From Torpedo marmorata (Eukaryota), in the NCBI GenBank assembly GCA_977017645.1, contig OZ360226.1:54188001-54252000 (forward strand): 64,000 nt of DNA. Reading direction: 5' to 3'. Made by a program: the position numbers and the translations under genes. This document shows, in pieces, positions 1 through 13,220 of this stretch (its first letter is position 1; each line of letters starts with the position of its first letter). The notes beneath the pieces were generated by a model. That model had not been told where the DNA came from. It did no database searches and was given only the letters and a program-made list of their open reading frames with translations.

Positions 1-199
1 AACAAATTTTAATGTGCCCACCAGACCTCACACACATATCATTCTTTCAAGCCTCACACTGTTCAGAACTTTCACACAGAGGCAGCTATTCAACCATGAC
101 AGGCACATTGTCCAAACACATTCTGTGGAATTCACTAAACTTTCTTCCTTCAGTGAAACACGAAAGTCATTCTTCCTTCAGTGTTGGTTTAGTTTGAAG

Positions 200-1000
200 A
201 ACTCCTACTTCTCAGTCAAAATATTGAGAGTTCAAGCCCCATTCTGAAGATTGAGCACAAAAATCTTGATCCATTTCTCTGTTCAGTACAAGGCACGAAC
301 TGCACCTTTGAAGATCAAAAAACAAACTGATGGAAGAACAGGCAGAATCTGTGGAGGCTCTCAGGCTGAAATGCTGCTTCAAGGCTGAGAAAGGAGAGGG
401 GAGGCAGGCAGTGTCAATGAGAGGGGGAGGGCTCAGTGAATGACAGATGGACCAAGGAGGGGTGAAGGATGATGGTCAGATGGAGCCAGGTGGAGTTAAG
501 AAACTGTGATAGGTGGAAGCAAAGAAAAAAATTGAGAAATCTAGAGGGAGCAAATGGAGCCAGGAAGAATGGAGAAAATTGCTTGTCTGTCTTCAGCCTC
601 CTTGCCAGGGTGAGGACAAACACATGTTTAAAGAACAACACCTCATATTCCACCAGGGTAGTCTACAACCCAGTGTCATGAACATTGGATTCTCCAATTT
701 TGAGTAACCCAGTCCCCCTCTCACTCTTCTTCTCATCCACCTAGGTCCTCTCAATCACACACTTATTTCCAATTCTCTCCCAGCCCTGCTATCCAGTTCC
801 TTTCCCTTTCCCCACCTTCTCTGCTGAACCACCGCACACATACCATTCCATCATACTCTCACACACTCCCCCTACCTGGCTGCCATCTCTCCCTTATATG
901 GTTCCACCTATCTCCAGGGCACCATTTTGAAGAATAAACCTCAAGTTATCCCCGCCATCAACTTTTCCAAAAACAGATTCTGAAATACATCCATGAATTA
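200..1000 (+). mobile_element. Decayed Deu-domain (SacSINE1/AmnSINE-like) SINE split by a Penelope remnant
   Basis: tRNA-like head at 200-312 (gagagttcaagccc...ttgagcacaaaaatct); body resumes at about 915 (caccattttgaagaa...aaaacagatt). Recalled similarity only. Confidence 0.45.
312..915. mobile_element. Old Penelope-like remnant with inverted arms
   Basis: 630-707 encodes the PLE endonuclease C-terminus (KEQHLIFHQGSLQPSVMNIGFSNF) on plus; 312-560 resembles the PLE 3' terminus on minus. Confidence 0.55.
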
Positions 1001-4000
1001 CTGCATGCACATTGCACTTCACTTTTGAAATTGAAGTGGAGTATAATATTGTGGGCATTAAAATATCACTTTCTAAGCACCATTAACCTGAGTATGAATA
1101 TCTTTTGTTTGTGGGAGTTTACAAAGCTCAGCTGTTTATTGTGATGGTTACACTTTAAAAATACTTATATGGTTGTAAAAGGGGTTGGGACACTTGTAAT
1201 GGATGGGAATGGTCTTATTTAAATGCAATGCCTTTTATCTTTTCATGTGAAAAAAAAGATGATCCATACAAACAATGCATGAAATGCAGAATGGAATCCT
1301 TAGGGTATGGGCAGCCTTCTGAAAGGCCAGTGTGCAATGTCATGGAGTGTGAGGAAGATCATTTCTATCTTTACTCTGGGGTTTTGTATGGAGCCTGATT
1401 TTTTTTTTTCATCTTAGTGGGCAGCTCCATCTCCTCACTACCCACACAGCATCCACTGCAACACTGCAGAGCCACTCGATATCTGAGTGCTGCCATTGAA
1501 ACTCATGTCTTCTATTTGAGATCAAACTTCTCAAATCCAAAGTCTGCCTTGTCTGTGATCTGCTTTCATGGCTCTGGTTACCAATATTCTAAAAGGCAAA
1601 ACAGCTTTTACAGGGGAATGAAATGAGAAAAGTAATTTAAAATACCACATTGCTCTTATTTTAGAGCAAACCCTCAGTATTCTTCTGTTTAATTTAGTTT
1701 GAAAACAGTCCAGTATTAAAATCATCAATTGGACTGCAGTTTTATTCACCTATCAGACAATCTAGAAAAAGAAAAGTTCATCTCCTGTACCTCGTAGTTA
1801 GTATTCCATTAATCACTAGTCTTGTTCACAAGTCAACCTGAAGACACAGATCAGTGGTTGATGGGTTTTTGATTTATCAAATTGACTTATAGATCATAGA
1901 TCAAATGTAGCTTTAGTGAAACGACATTTATTTATCTAACATCAGCTGCTCATGACATCTCAAGGACAATACTCCAGCTTTTTAAACAGAAAGCAATGTT
2001 CACACAGAAGGATGAAATAAATTGAATGTAACATTTAAACTTGCTGCAACAAGGAGTAGGAATGACAAGGACTCCTCCCCCAAAAATCCCTCCTTTGTGA
2101 GGCAGACTGTGGAAAAAGGGCCCATTGAGCTGCACCACTTGTAATCCCTATTCACTTTTTCTTGATGAATGAAAGAAAACACAGTTCTTTGTACCCTGTA
2201 TGCTCCACGAAATGCACTCTTGTTTAGACTGTGATGATGTAAAAATAATTTTATAAGAACTGGAACTAGACATGGAGTAACTGGATTACACAGCGCTGAT
2301 AAATTGTTGAATGTTGAAGAATACTAAAAGGAACATGAGCTCCGTTGGTGGCAAAAACAACCAGGATCCCATTCTCCATCTTCAGGACTGTGCAAAACAC
2401 GAAGGAGTGCCCATTCTAGATTAAACCTTTCAGCTAATTATCTTGCACCCAATAAAACATCAGCCAGTAGTGAATGTGATGTTTATGCCATTATATTAAT
2501 TATGCTACATTCAAGTGTCAGTATTATATTTTACATGCCTTCTTTAGTTATGACACTTAATAAATGGTATAAAATACATTAGTATTAATCTAATATTATG
2601 CCATTTAAGAAAATGTTTAAATATTTTCAATACATGTAGGAATGCCATTGAATTTTAAAGTAACATCACATGAAAATCTTCAACAGGTATGAAAAGCTTC
2701 CTTCAGTCAAAAAAAAAGTAATTAAGGTAACTAAATGGATTGAAGATTTTCCAACTCTTGTATGTGTCATTACATTAAAAGATGCCACAGAGCCTTTAAC
2801 ACAGTGGGTCGCTTGACAGGGGCAACTTGATTTGTCTAGCTAACAGGAAAGGTCACTGCCATGTCAAGTTTTATGCAGTCGTCTTTCTCCATCTGGGGGA
2901 TTTCTGTATACCATGAAACAAAAGCATGGTGGGTGCTTATGAATATTCCTAACTCTAGTAAGTTTTTTTTAACTCAGTTCACAAAGACTAACCTTCTATT
3001 GGTAAGCATGAGAATATAGTATTCACCTCCCCCACACCCTTCGTCAATAAGGCCACTTATCTGAAATGGAAGCAACAAGCTCTGCAGTAATTGTCTCACA
3101 TTATACCCAAGTCCTTCAAGGATGACAAGGAATTCTTTAAACTCGAGTGTCTCGATTTAATGAGCACAGATTCTAGGGGGCATGATTGTCTTCTAAAATG
3201 TTAGCTTCAAACGTTGCCCGTGGCAAAGAGAAAGTGTGCAAGGACACTAGCCGCTTCCCATGCCTTTAATAACACTCCTGTATCCACCATAGCTCCCAAG
3301 AAGGTTCAAATGTTCCCATCAATTACACATTGACAATATTTTCCCTGTGGCAAAGGAGTTTGGACTTTTGAAATTAAAAAGTAATGGTACTTCACAGCTC
3401 AAAAGCATTGTTTGGATTCTTCCTTTTTAGGTTTTGTTGGTTCATAAAACAACACTGCCTGTTCAGATAAGGAACAAGGAGTCCCTGAAACCAATCATCT
3501 TTTAGGTTAACAGTGTATGAAAAAGTAATTACTACACACACAAATAAAAAGGAGAACCCAATAACTTTCAATGTCTTGTCAACTTCTACATCATAACATT
3601 AAAATCCAGGACTGAAATGAGCCTTTATGATGATCTCAGTCAAGTGACAGGGCAGAAGAACAGCAGGAAAACTACCATTGTCAGTTCTCCTTGGGAGTGC
3701 TGTAGGGTGCAGGAATTTTGAGCTGGCAGCCTGAAACAGAAATTCTGGTAAAGATATAAGCTTTGGTTTAATTTTGTTGGGTGACAAGAAAAAAAAATAA
3801 ACACCACAGGGTGGAAATTCTTTTGAAGGAATATGCGCAGGAAGTGAGCCTACGTCGCAAGGGGTGCTGGGACAATGGACACATGTGAAACCTGCAAGTT
3901 TGAAAATACATTGGGCTTCCCTTCCCAGTGTGAATATCGGAACATAGTTAGGAAGAGACTAAAATCTATTCCATCCCAAAATTCCTCCTCTACCTACAAA

Positions 4001-5137
4001 TGCACTATTTCTATCCTCAAGTAAAACCAGAATTTCTCAGCTCTTGCTCTTTGGACGATGCAGTTTGAATTGCCTTGATTGATAGCTAAACAGGAAAGAA
4101 GTGTCATCGCAGTTATAAATTCCTCCTTCAAATGTTTCAATTGTGTTTTAAATTTTAAAAAACAAGGTTTGGTAATTGCTCCTTCCACACAATAGTTACT
4201 GAATAGAATAGATCAGCCCTTGACTCGTATTTTACCAATGACACCTCCACTCTTTCTCTGCGTTAATCCTTCTCTGTATTCATAAATCTGGTCAAGAGAG
4301 CCTTCCTTCTAAATCTGCCTCACAGTGGCTTGGTTAAATTCAGTGAGCTGCTTGGTGGGAGGGGTTCGGCTAAACAAAATGGGAGTATTCAGAGGAAGGG
4401 TTGAGAGTAATACTTCTCCTGTTGTAACCACACATCCTCCATGCTGGCTGTAGACCACATCACTATGGGAAATACAGAATGCCATATTCTGAGGTGTTCC
4501 ACACTGCCAGGAAGGGTGCAGCAGGGAAAAGAGCCAACAACCATCAACTTGTAAGGAAGGGACTGTGGTTAGATGTGCAAACAGCCAAACTCTATGTGTG
4601 GAATACTAATTATAGTGCAAGCAATTTGTTTAGCCTTTGATTTGTTGACTGAAAAGGTGGTTGCATTCCAAATCGTCATATCTAACATCTGCAGCATTGC
4701 AACATAAACCCATCAGAATGGAAAAATCATGCGAATGGGTATTGCCATAGCCTTGTAAACCATATTAGCACAAACCAATGAACAAACTTAGTATTTACTA
4801 TGTAATATCATACAGATGTTATTTTAATTAGCAAGAGTGCACACTGTGCCTTGCTGCCTCAGAGCCAAGACATCTCTGAAAGGATGAGACTGTGTCTGTA
4901 GCGAGGACATGAGAGGATTAAATTCTAAACCCACACTATTTCAATGTTATATTCTGAAAATTCAAATTGTACCAGTTAATAGATCAGAGTATAAAGTCTC
5001 AATTTGCATTTAGTTGATTCATCAAAAATGTTAAGAAGATTAAGCATAAGGAATTAAGATTCAACCATTCACTTTCCTTCATGGACATTTATAATTCTGC
5101 GCTTCCTGCCAGGTTAGATATTGATTCACCTCCATTT

Positions 5138-5238
5138 TGAGGTGCTGGGCAATGCTCATGGTGACTCTTTGTTTGCCTTATGACAGAGAAAGTTAAAGTA
5201 TATCTTGTATGTTACATTTTTAATGTATTATTACGTGA
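5138..5238 (+). mobile_element. Diverged 3' tail related to the GC-rich non-autonomous retroposon
   Basis: gaggtgctgggcaat...tgtttgcctta...tattacgtgacaataaa...ccttgaa aligns by eye to 5858-5984. Confidence 0.5.
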
Positions 5239-5408
5239 CAATAAAAGGAACCTTGAATGATTCTATTGGTGAATCTATGGAATGATTCACCTGACTGTTA
5301 TTTTAAATGTGGATGCCCAATTTTGCAGTTATGTAAAGTTCAATAAAGCCATATATTTGACTATTATACGAGCTAATTATTGAAAATAATTACATCTCTC
5401 AAAAATCC

Positions 5409-5984
5409 TCCGGGGAAGCGGAGGACTGGAGCAGGGCACCAGAGGACGGGAAGATCACCCCCCGTCTGAGAAGGAGAAGTGGAGGAGACGACCCACAGGA
5501 CGGTGACCACGGCGGCGGACCAGTGAGGGGCTCTGAGGCTGAAGGACCAGTGCATGCGGTGGGCTGCTGGCGACTCGAGGCGAGGAACCCGCGGAGGCTG
5601 TGGGCTGCTGCAGACTGCTGGAGGCTGGCTTGAATTGGCTGGAGGAGTACCAGGTATCGGAACTGGGATGCGAGGGGGTGCCGAGGGCGCCCTGACCATG
5701 TTGGAGGTTCGGATCTGGAGCTCGGGTTGCTGATGGTTTGGACTGGACTCTGTGTGGCTGCAGAGGCTGCGGAAGCGCTGGAGGCAAATCTATGGACACA
5801 CGGTGACTCTGGGGAGACTCCCTTTTGCTTCTCTTTCTCTGACTGTAAGGAATGTAAGAGGCGCTTAGGCAATTTCTGCCGGTGGCGAATCTGTCTGCCT
5901 TACAGCAGGCAAAAAGAAATTTCATGGAATATGACACTGTTTTATTACTATGACAATAAATTGAATCTTGATCTTGAATCTTGA
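5409..5984 (+). mobile_element. GC-rich non-autonomous retroposon, 5'-truncated copy 1
   Basis: Highly similar to 24667-25257; ends in AATAAA plus a (ttgaatc)n tail. Confidence 0.8.
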
Positions 5985-7164
5985 AATAAAGATCTTCATA
6001 AAACTGCAGAATATTCATACTCCTTATATTGTTGTTTTGAATAGAAGCATTGCTTTTCCTAAAATATTTTGTGTTGAATAGCAGTCAGGTTCGACTTGAG
6101 AAGCATGTTTAACATTTATATAGGCGCAAATATTTTTTGAAGACTTTCGGTATTTTGAAAACATATAAAATGGATACCCAAATTACTTATGGAACAGTAT
6201 ATATATCAAAAAATTATGGTACTCTGTAGCCATTACTTCCAGACCACAACAAAAAAATCCACAAACATTAATATCTCAAATTCCATAATGCAGAGCCAAT
6301 GCTTCATTTCCAGAAAACATCTACGTTCAATGGTGCAACATCACTGAATGAAGGAATAATGTGATCTGATCATTTGGGATTCCATATACGAATTTGCAAA
6401 GGAATGGGCCTTTAAAGAGTTAATAGAAAAGAATTCAGAAGTATTAAAATTAGCCTTTTTTCAAACCAATGGCTTTCACTTCTGAAAACTATCCAATCGC
6501 AAACAGACGCAATGATATTATTGACCTAATGATTGCCCTGCAGGCTTCAGTCAGGCAGAATGTACTGTTTTAAGCAGGAGGTCATCGCTTGGTTCGTCAA
6601 TGTCCACGTTCACTGATATAATACCAGCTGACAGTTTGGAGTACTATGTAACTAATGAGAAAACACACCATTCTGCAGCACAATAGATGGTTTTAAACTA
6701 TGATGTACATGAAGCTATTTGGCTTGACTACAAACAGTACTCCAGTAAACTTAATAAAGTGCCATAGTCAGGTTGTGCCCCACTGATGAACCTTACTGTT
6801 TCACAAATAGAATTTTTACTTGGTAAGAATCTGCAGTAATTTTCCACTTGTCTGCTTCAATAAAACATGTGTTTGTCATCCATTTTTAGATCAAAGGCAA
6901 CAATATAATGTTTGTAAAACACAATCTGCCATTGATATCATGTGGCTGCCTTTATGTTGCAGTTAACAGGATTATGTTTGCATTTACCAGATTTCTACAT
7001 TACCATCCTTAGCGGATTAATGAAGCAACTGCACCCTCAACAACAAAAAAATCATTCAAATTTCAAAAGATCAATCTCTACAACATAGTAACTCACACAT
7101 ATCTTGTGGAGCACCAATGCAGGTTTCTATTCTCTGCTACAAGTATTTTCTAGCCATAGTTTTC

Positions 7165-7520
7165 TGTTAACACACCTGGCTTTGAGTCAGAAGCTGTAAG
7201 TTCAATTTCACTCCAGAAATTTGAGTGCAAAAATTCAGAGACTGCGCCAGATGGAAGTGCTGTCTTTTGGATAGGTATTGGTCCAATGTCTCATCTGCCC
7301 TCTCAAGCAATAATTCCCAGAAAATCTTTCAAAAACAAACAGACAAAGTCTTCCCAATATCCAAACCAATACACACCCCTGAACCAACCAACAATGCCAC
7401 TGTCGGATTATAGTTTTGGACTCTTGCTGTGTATACAATAATAACTGTTCTTCATTAGCTACAAATTGTTTTGAAAATGTCCTGATACTATGAAAATGTG
7501 ACATGAGTGAATGCTCAACT
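7165..7520 (+). mobile_element. Decayed Deu-domain SINE
   Basis: gagtcagaagctgtaagttcaatttcactccagaaatttgagtgcaaaaat...gtgctgtcttttggat resembles the SacSINE1/DeuSINE head (from recall). Confidence 0.45.
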
Positions 7521-8548
7521 ATATTCCCTTTTATGCATTTAGTGTCCATGTACACTGGCAATCACCAATCTAATTAATATCAATGAATTTTGACTGCAGC
7601 AAGTTACATTGATATCCACTTATGAGAATAATTTAATTAATACCTAGATAATTTCAATGATTAAGTCTTGATGAACTTTATGTTAGCACAGCAGTTTCTA
7701 CTTAAAAACTTGCTGAAGTGTCGCATCCATACATCATGCAAAGGACAATACTTATCACACTGCTGCTCAATACTAAATCCTCTTGTGTAAGATGATGGTT
7801 TTAAGTCTTATCATATTGAATGCTATGTGCCTTTGCTTTTGAGCCAAATTTAGGACTGTTTCATATAATCATTCAGAAAGTTTTGGATGACTTATACATG
7901 CCAGGAACTAGCACCAGGCTCCAAATTTTAGGGCAAGATTGAACTCCCAGGTTTGGCTTTGTGCAGCTTCTTGGACCTACTTAATTAAGTCAGTCACTAT
8001 CAGACAACACATTTACAGAGAGCATTTCAAAAGGCTGCATGAACTGAATGCTGTCATAGTGAATAATCATCATCCAACTGTAATGAGATCTACTTGTTGA
8101 CCCTCAGCATTTGCATTTCCCCTCATTTCTAAACTCTGAGTCAGAAGCATGAACTACCAGAGCAACAAAAGGACTGTAGACTAATGAAGATGCTGTAACT
8201 GGAGACTGGTCGAGCTGGGGAGAGTCTGAAGGCCAATTTAATGTTCTTAGTGCTTTGTAAGCTGAAAACCAGCCAAGACAAAACTTGGTTCAATCCAACT
8301 TAGTGTATAGTTATTTTATATGCAAATTTAGGATTGATTGGAAAAATCAGACCCAACTCACGCATTGGAATTTATACTCTCTATTACATTCGAATCTAAG
8401 AAGCAATGCTTCTGTACTATTAATAGACATGCAGTGAAAGCAAAATGCCACAAACCCTCCATCGCTTCATTCTAATTAAAGCTGTATGATCACACATTTA
8501 ATATTGCATCCTCAGTATTAGAAGAAATGGAAGTGAATCTGAACTTTA

Positions 8549-9665
8549 GAGTCAAACACAAAAGTCTGCAGATGCTATGATTGTAATGAAAACACAGAAA
8601 TGCTGGAGGAACTCAGCAGGTCTCGCAGCGTCCAGAGTAGGTAGAGATATATAACTGATGTCTCGGGCCTGAGCCCTTTCTCAAGCTATGAGTATAAAGC
8701 AGGCAGACACCTGAATTAAAAGGCAAGGGAGAAGGAAAGAAAGGGCAGGGGGACCTTGCACAGACCAACAGACAAAACGTGATAATTGGACATGGATAGA
8801 ACAGAAGAGGAAAGGTGAGAATTGATAGGGGAAAGGGGTGGCTCTGTGAATGCAGATCTGGACGAAAGGACACAGAGGGAAAAGGAAAGAAAGAGAGACA
8901 GCTAGAGGAAAGGAGAAATAGGGATAGATGTGGGGGGGGGGGGTGGGGATCTAACAGAAACCAGCAAGTTCATGTTAATGCCATCCGCTTGGAGTATGAG
9001 GTGTTGTTCCTCTAATTTGTGGGTGGTCTCAGTCTGGCAGTGCATGAGATCATGGACAGACATGTCGGCATGGGAATGGTGTGGGGAATTGAAATGGGTT
9101 GCCACTGGGAGAGCTGGGAGATCCCCGGTATTGTGGCAGACAGAGCTGAGGTGCTCAACGAAGCGATCTCCCAGCCTACGTCCACTTTCTCCAATGGAGA
9201 GGAGACCACAACGGGAGCACCGGATGCAGTAGATGATCCCTACAGATTCACAAGTGAAGTGTTGCTTCACTTGCAAGGACTGTTTGGAGCCCCAAATGAT
9301 GGTGAGGGAGGAGGTGTGGGAGCAAGTGTAGAACTTCCTGTGGTCTCAGGGGTGGGTACCAAGGAGCCATTGGTGGGAACGGAGGAGTGCACGAGGGAAT
9401 CACGGAGGGAGCGGTCTGTGCGGAAGGTGGAGAGGGAAGGAGAGGGGACGATATGTCTGGTGGTGGGATCATGTAGTAGGTGGCGGAAATGGTGGAGGAT
9501 GATATATTGGATGTGGAGGATAGAGGGATGGTAGGTGAGGACGTTACTCGTGGAGGCAGAGGGGGCCAAGGTAGATGTGCAGGTAATGGAGAATATGCGG
9601 GTGAGGGTTAAGTTGATGGTAGTGGAGGGGAAGCCACATTTTTTGAAGAAGGAGGACATCTCAGA
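8549..9665 (-). mobile_element. Penelope-like element (Neptune type) 3' fragment: RT tail, Cys linker, GIY-YIG endonuclease, pLTR
   Basis: ORF 8902-9276 IIYCIRCSRCGLLSIGESGRRLGDRFVEHL...KLEEQHLI; TSD tgaacttta at 8540-8548 and 9666-9674. Confidence 0.88.
8651..8690 (-). ncRNA. Decayed minimal hammerhead motif
   Basis: Minus strand reads catagc TTGAGAA a GGGC tcag GCCC GAGA CA TC agttat; GAAA and GUC are mutated. Confidence 0.45.
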
Positions 9666-11324
9666 TGAACTTTACACCCTAAAATAAAAATAATGCTACA
9701 TATATTAAACATCATTGTACCATTTTATATCTTGTCATTCATTTTGTTCAAAATAACTGAATGAATGTGGTGTAACAGAAAACCCCTTCACTGATCTGTG
9801 GAGAGCCAAGAATAGCTTAATTGAGGACCTGAGAAAAACTCCTCCATATTGTCAATTTCTTTGCAAAGCAAAATATGCCCTTTTGCTTGACAATTTGTAG
9901 CACTGCGTATACAGAGGATTGATTGGAAATTGTTAACCCTGGCAATCCCCAATATCAAATCACCAGAATGAAAAATTTTTGCAACTGAGATTCCTTGCAG
10001 AAAAATAACATTAAGATTTTTTAGCTCATATATTGCTGTGCAGATTCAATGTATTTTACAGTAAATTGCTTTTTACTCCAGAATCTTGTACTCAATTTCT
10101 TCTACATTTTTTTTAAATTGCCAAGACCCAAGGCAATAATTAGGCTTTTCCTTTACAATTAGTAACTGAATTGTCGACAGCAATTCTGTTCGCATTTTAA
10201 CAAGGCTTGAAATTCAGCACGCATCATTTTCCTGCCGAGGCTTCCGTTTACACCTCAAGTGATTAACTTGTGGAATAAACTGCCATCCATCTTGGCTCAA
10301 TGTGCCTGCTTTATTCCCTTAGCATATTTGGGGACAAGAAAATTACCTTTTTTTTTAATCTTCCAAGTGTATATAAATGCAGAGAGCAATTTACTCAATA
10401 TGAAATGCAAAAGGAAATTAGTAGCTGATTCCTCAAAAAAAAAAGCTGCCAGTACACAATGTTTTGGAGCAGAACTGTAAGAGAGAGGGTTGACAGAGGC
10501 AAAAGGGTTCAAATAAATGTGGTCAAGTACAAAACAGAATGTAGTGAAAATAAATACATCAACAACTTTACAGGTTTCCTTATTTTGTTGAAGGAATGAG
10601 CTGGATTTTGCTGACTTTTGCACACAGCATTTTTCAGCTAAAATGCAAAGTTTGGGATTCCCACATTTGCGCAAGAGTCCAACCTTATTTGCAGGGCTCT
10701 GCAGGCGAGTACCTGGAGGTGCTCCTCCACTCGACTCCACATGGGATCCAACGATAGAACAAAACCCTGCGGAAATGTTCCAGATCTCAGAATTTGTCTG
10801 CCCTAGCGATCATTTCAATGGAAATTGTATAGTAGTAGGGAGGAAAGGACTGAATAGGGTACATTTCTTTGCTTCTTGTTTATTTGTGTTTGATTTATTG
10901 TTTTTAACTATTTCAAATTGTTTTAAGTATTTCATTTGATTTTATTCTTTTCTATTAAAAACATTAATAATTTTTAACATTTTAATTATTTCATTTGTAA
11001 AGGTTTTTCAATAATCCCTCAGTGACAAGCTTGGGCACTTTGCGATACAGCAAAGCTGGGAGCTGGATTTTGCCATCAGTCAAAGATTCTGAGCTCTTTC
11101 TTGAGAAGGTTTATATGCTGGCCCACGTCTGTGTCCCAGGAATGTTGTTCGAATGCCCTTCAACTAGTTAGTGCCTCCTAGCTCAACTACAAGTCCATCT
11201 GGGCCAGCGAGATCAATTTTGTGGATCAAGGGAATTGGGGAAAACAGTTTAAAAGGTTAATTTGTGAGCAACAAGCACATCAATAGTCTGTGACCAGCAA
11301 ATTCCAGGTTAATATCTCTGATAA

Positions 11325-11530
11325 AGACCAGGCAAGTTTTCCACACATCTTATTGAATATTTCTCTCTCGTACAAAACCATTAAAAAAGATTTACTTGAT
11401 CTTTATTTCATTGGTATTTGTGAGACTTTCCTGCATGCAAATTAACTGTCATATTTGCTGCATCACAACTAGAACTACACTTCAAATGGATTTCACTGAC
11501 TGTAATCACTCTCTAATCTCGGGAGTATCT
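11325..11530 (+). mobile_element. Deu-domain SINE body remnant close to exon 2
   Basis: ggtatttgtgagactttcctgcatgcaaattaactg...actacacttcaaa...actgactgtaa resembles the Deu domain/3' part (from recall). Confidence 0.45.
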
Positions 11531-11637
11531 TGAAAGGTTGTAGAGTTCCTTCTTAAGTGTTTCTTTTAGCCTTCTGCGCTCACAATTCATTTTCTTTGTC
11601 AGATTTAAAGAAAAATACAATAAGTGGCTATACTTAC

Positions 11638-11921
11638 AAATAATGTAGTAGTCCTCATGTTTTTTGAATTCCAGTCCCCAGAGGTTAGGGCTAAATTCTT
11701 GAAACTTGATGGTAAACTTGACATCTTGATCTGGCTTGTTGCAATTGAGTAATGGAGTGGGGCTGGGCACAGCATTGCAGTTGTCTGCTTGATCTTTTGA
11801 CACCATGTATAATTTAAAGTATTCATACTGTCCAGTAATCCTGGAGTCTACCTTAGGGCAGATGATATCTAGTTTGTCTCCTATCTGTGGGTACATCACC
11901 AGTCCTTTACTAGGTAGAAAC
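11638..11921 (-). CDS. efnb2: Ephrin-B2 exon 2 (receptor-binding ephrin domain)
   Basis: Acceptor ttttcAG at 11922-11923, donor GTAAGT at 11637. 284 nt; phase matches exon 1 (AA+G = Lys). Encodes [25 protein letters not shown]...[29 protein letters not shown]...DYYII. The EFSPNLW G-H loop fits B2 (B1 has NYM). Confidence 0.97.
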
Positions 11922-13220
11922 CTGAAAATAAAAACACAAGAGAAACACATAAATAAATATGACATCACATGTCAATGAACATAAATAACTGTTCAGCTTC
12001 GCACTTTTTTCGGCCAGGAAGCTGGAACTTGATAAGTAACTGGCTGCAATAACACAGTACATAATGACAAGATATTAAATGAAAGCAAAGGAAAATGTTT
12101 TTTTTTTTCATTGATCTGTTTTGTTGGACTTTTTTCCCTTTTAAACCACTAATTTCATGGCCCTGTTCAAAAAGATGATTTCCAAAAAACAAATTACTTC
12201 TAATCCTGAAGCCTCATTCTCATATTATTAGCTGTATTAAAATGAGAAAATATAGCAGTTCAGTGAAGAATTAAAATTAATATTTTAAAGCATTTTTAAC
12301 AGATTCCTGCCAAAATGCATGTCAAGCTTAGTATGTAGTGGGCTCAATATCTTTGTTTAGAACAGAAGGCAAGAATAGTGTTTACAACAAAATTATTTTG
12401 TAAAAAGGTTCAACCCAAGAGGATTTTATAGATTGCAATGAAGGTCCTATGTTGCACCATTTGTTATATTCTGAAAAGTACATCCAGTTTTGCAGATTGA
12501 TTTGTCTTGGGGATATATGCTCATAAATTTCATTCGCTGCATTCATTTCTGTACACCATCACTAATCCTTGCTCTTAGATGTATTTGCTCCAGTTAATAC
12601 TCAGAATCACCTCCTAAACTCACAGCTGGTGATACAATACCCCAAGGCCCAGAGCTAAATGCCTTTGCCCCATGAAGATGATGAATGTTTATACAGCATC
12701 TAACCAAAGTTACACGTGGCCAAACACTGAAACATGAAAAAACAGCTTACCATTGTGAAGTATGTGTACCAGTTAGTCATTTCTTAATTGATATTTTCTA
12801 TAAACTTATTTGTATGTTAAGAGATTTTATAAAGGCAACCTGAAAGCATTTGTCTCCTCTTTTATATCTGTATTCTGCTTCAGAGAGGATAGCACTGAAA
12901 TTAAGCTCACATTGTAAGTGAGTTGCGTTTTTCTATTTCCTGATCATTAATTTTACACAATGAAATGGTAATGTGAATTTTATTCTACAGTGACGTCACA
13001 GAAATTACAAAGCCAGAACTCGGATGTATCCTTATTTCTGTAATCTCCAGTTTTACAAATCCCAGCATCACTGTACTCATTCACATGTGGCCTCTTTTTC
13101 TTCCTTGATTTCCACTTTCCAACCACTAATAGCTTGCTTTCAAATCCTAATTTTGCAAATTCCCCTTCCTAACCTCTCAATTTCTCAATTCCTTTTAAAG
13201 TCCCTTAACTTTATCTCTTT

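Noticed and set aside
9640-9665. Shared truncation point of the two longer PLE copies (9665 and 29538)
   Set aside because: Ends differ by about 20 nt and the copies belong to different subfamilies; too weak to report.
1-11637. efnb2 exon 3 (STSNG...GGVC...MKVGQ-like)
   Set aside because: Not recognised by eye or in the ORF track; probably beyond position 1, though a short exon could have been missed.
11513-11968. 151-aa ORF as a complete gene
   Set aside because: Only 11638-11921 is ephrin-like and bounded by splice sites; the rest is intronic read-through.
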